Source: Dimorphilus gyrociliatus (lineage: Eukaryota > Animalia > Annelida). Taken from it: a stretch of 40,287 bases of DNA. Position numbers and translations under genes: made by a program. Below, piece after piece: positions 36,865 through 40,287 of this stretch. The DNA lies in the NCBI GenBank assembly GCA_904063045.1, contig CAJFCJ010000009.1:1-40287 (forward strand). Reading direction: 5' to 3'. Under the pieces are notes generated by a model. It had not been told where the DNA came from. It did not search any database and was given only the letters and a program-made list of their open reading frames with translations. Each line of letters begins with the position of its first letter. Position 1 is the stretch's first letter.

Positions 36865-39174
36865 ATGCAATTGATTTTGATTGCTTCAGTACTGTTGGCC
36901 GCAGTTGCCACTGCTGATAAAGTTTTTGTAGAAACAACCCTTGGTCTTCTCGAAGGGCATACCGTTTCACTTTCAAGTGGGGTGAAAGTAAACAGTTTCC
37001 TTGGATTCAACTTTGCTAAGCCTCCTGTTGGTCCTCTTCGTTTTAAGGTATTATTTATTCACTAAGTGTCTCGAGTAGGACACTTTGATAACAAAAAATT
37101 ATCTTATCCTCCCTCTTGATGTCAATAGCCTCCAGAAGTTCCCGAAAGACAATCCCTTATTGTTGCAGACACTCTCGGAGCAGCCTGTCCTCAGGGGCGC
37201 ACAGGGGTTATTCTCTTAACTCATCCCTTATGGGATAGATTCAGCGAAGATTGCTTGAACATGAATGTCTATTCACCAAACGCAACTAACACCGAAAAAT
37301 TACCCGTTTTTGTTTGGTTCCACGGTGGCGGTTACGGTGGAGGTGCAAACATCCAATACCCAGGTCACTTTTTGGCAGCTAAGGGCACTGTCGTAGTAGT
37401 TCCAAACTACCGTGTTGGAGCTCTAGGTTTCATGTCCACAAAAGGCCCAAATGCTGCCGCTACTGGCAATTACGGTCTTATGGACCAAAGGTTAGCCCTT
37501 CAATGGGTTCAAGATAATATCGAAAACTTCGGTGGTGACAAAGACAAAGTCACAATCTTCGGTCAAAGCGCTGGTGCTAGCAGTGCAGGTCTTCTTACGT
37601 TAGCTCCATCCACCAAAAACCTGTTTGCGCAAGCAATCCTAGAGAGTGGAGCTGATCTTAATATCTGGGCCTATAACGAAGATCTTCAGAAACCATGGAC
37701 ATACACAGCCGAAGTTGCCAAAAAATTGAACTGTACTAGGCCTAATGATCAAGAAATGATGGACTGTCTCAGAACTATTGACGCAGATGTACTACGCCAA
37801 AATCAAGGATTTACTTGTACAGTAAGTTAAGATTACTGAGAATTATCACACTATTTTAATCTAGTACAATAGACATGATGACCATTATCTATGTAGATCA
37901 ACTAATTGATTAAATTCCTTAGCCTGGATTTTATTGTCTCGGTTTCACTCCCGTCGTCGATGGTGAATTTATCCCTAAAGATCCCTATGAAATAAGAGAG
38001 AGTGGCGAAGCAAAGAAATGCCCCATGATCGTTGGTCAAACAACCGAGGATGGTTCTCTCTATACCGCTTCACGTATGTAGAAAAAGTGAAATGTGTTCT
38101 GAAGCAGGAATGTTCTAAATTATTGAATTTTTTCTTTACAGTTGTTCCCGTTGCCAATGACGGACCAATGAATATGACTGTTTGGATTAGAGAAATGAGA
38201 AAACTTACCGAGAGATTCTCTGTTGCTTTCCCCAACAGAAGCGAAGATGCTGTTAAACTTCAACAATGGTATTATAGAAACTGGGACGAACCTGAAGACG
38301 AAGAAGCCAACAGACAAAAATTTAATGAGGTAATTGAATACAAAATGTTAAAGATTGTTGTATCGCACTTGACACATATTTCTAATAATATAGATTAGTA
38401 CCGATTTTGGGTGGGGCTTTACTCAAGATTACCAAGCAAGAATTATCAGCAAAGATTCAGATATCTTTATGTTTCTTTTGGGCTATAGAAGCGACAATAG
38501 TTACGACACTCTCCCCGCTTGGTTAGGCGTAATGCACAACGCTGAACTTCCATACGTCTGGGGTTATACTTACCTAAATGAAAACCCAGAAGTTCAAGAA
38601 GATCAAGAATTCTTTTTCGATATTGTTGCATGGAACGATTTGGATGATAAATATTCCGACTACTTTCAAGAACTATGGATTAACTTTGCAAAAACTGGGT
38701 AAAGACCTTTTTAGTTTATAAATTCGTTCAATCATTGTCATTTGACTGTTTTCTTTCATTCTAGAAACCCAACTCCAACACCTGTAAAACCTCCATCCGA
38801 TCAACCAGAAACTAATTGGACTGGATATAAAGAAACGTATGTTCTTTTCTATAATTTCCCTTATTTTTACATAGTTATCATAAATCACTTGACCTAAAAA
38901 CAGAGAGAAAAACTATCTTTACATCGGAAAGAATGATATTAATATGAAAAAGAACTATAGACAATTGAGCTTCGCCTATTGGAGGCATCTAATGCCAATG
39001 TTGGCAAACTCAGATTCAAGTAAAGGAGGTAGAAATGGAATTCCAAGCCAACAACAACTAGTCGACAAGATGTACGCTGAAATGTATGAAAATTCTCTTA
39101 AACTTAGAAGCGACAAAAGTCCATTTAAAAGAAATCCTAAAATGAAACCGGCAATGTTTCCACACAAGAATTAA
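36865..39174 (+). CDS. Secreted carboxylesterase/cholinesterase-fold (type B) hydrolase
   Basis: Signal peptide MQLILIASVLLAAVATA, FAKPPVGPLRF, SEDCLNMNVY, WFHGGG, NYRVGALGF, GNYGLMDQ, nucleophile motif GQSAG, TTEDG and GVMHNAEL. Seven exons join in frame, and the stop is at 39174. Confidence 0.92.
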
Positions 39175-39390
39175 ATAGAATATTGAACTGTTTAGAGTAA
39201 ATGTGAAAACAAGAAGAAACAAAACAACAAAAACAAACTTTTCTAACTAGATAGTCTGTAACTCTTTGTATTATCTTTTACTAATTGTTTTACACAATAC
39301 AAAGTCTAAGTATATAGAAAAAACACTAAAATTGATTTATCAAAACATATAGTACAGATTTATTTATTAATAACAAGTCGGTTCTACGTT

Positions 39391-40287
39391 TTAGTTGTAA
39401 GAAGCGCTTTGTAATGCTTGTAAATACATTCTTTCGTCTTGTAGAAAATCTTCATCCTATTATTTAAAATGGAATTTATACTTTTGTAGATGAGAGATAT
39501 GATAATGAAAATGGAAAAGTTATTGCTTACCTTTTTCTTATGAATTTTTGCTAATGTTATAGATCTATTTGCTTGCATTTGATTAGAAATATTCATTATC
39601 GTATTTTGACTTTGGTCATTTTCGTACGATTGTAATCTGTCGTATAATTTTCTGGCCTGTGTTGTTAGTGGTATAGGTGCTCTGTCCATTTCGACATTTA
39701 CATCTTTAACTGGTAGCCGACAATTGTGGCATAGTTCTGAAGCTCCTCCTTGCTGCTTACCGCGAGCTAATTCGAGCTGTTCTTCCGCTATACGCTTCTC
39801 TTTTGTTTGTAATGCTACTAACTGCGCTTCAATTTGTTGGAGTCGCGATTTATGTTCGCTTTCCTTTTGTCTAGAAAGAGCTAGGGCTTCTACACCTTCC
39901 TGCTTCATCCTTAAGGCAATAGCTGTGAAATCCTGAACTTCGTTGGCACGTTGTTGTAGACCTTTTAAAGCTTGGTCCAATTTAGCTTCCTTTTTAAGGA
40001 GCTCCCTTACCTTCACATCAAATTCTGCTTTTTCCTTTTCAAAGTGTTCCTGATCAATTTGCAATTTATGCTGATCTTCCATTAATTTCATTTTTTGAGC
40101 CTCCAATTCAATATCTGACCGCTCTCTCTTTGTGAAAATTCTCTGTCTTTGCATCTGTTCTTCAGCCAGAGACTGTCTCTCCTTACTTATATCAACTAAC
40201 GCAGACTTTTGTTCTTCTAATAACTTGTCTTTCAGTCTAGATATTTGTTCCCTTTCTTTGGACATCTGCTCAAAAGCTAACTGTTTT
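39391..40287 (-). CDS. FBF1: 3' end of a Fas-binding factor 1-like coiled-coil (centriole distal appendage) protein; 5' part lies outside the window
   Basis: A long coiled-coil exon (to 39531) includes EHKSRLQQIEAQLVALQTKEKRIAEEQLELAR. It splices (intron 39530-39457) to a last exon DEDFLQDERMYLQALQSASYN*, which resembles the FBF1 C-terminus as I recall it (DRDFLENEQFFLETLKKGSYN). Confidence 0.7.

Overview
AT-rich, gene-dense eukaryotic (metazoan) DNA with many short GT-AG introns, mostly about 50-110 nt. I saw no transposon, CRISPR or prokaryotic features. The compact style resembles a miniaturised lophotrochozoan genome such as a meiofaunal annelid, but that is inference only. Genes were assembled by hand from splice signals and frame continuity. 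In order: an unresolved 5' region; a type I membrane protein with an unrecognised N-terminal domain, collagen triple helix and 3 EGF domains (+); 7SL/SRP RNA (+); SEC22B (+); a ~15 kb uninflatable-like receptor (+); SWEET1/SLC50A1 (-); CHTF18 (+); a previously hidden 4-exon, 104-aa gene absent from the ORF track (-); a class III myosin with a 3 kb exon and modular tail exons (+); a carboxylesterase/cholinesterase-fold enzyme (+); and the 3' end of an FBF1-like gene (-). The most interesting items are the hidden micro-gene, the type I collagen-EGF receptor, the myosin III tail splicing and actin-binding module, and the uif-like protein apparently lacking its F5/8C domains.
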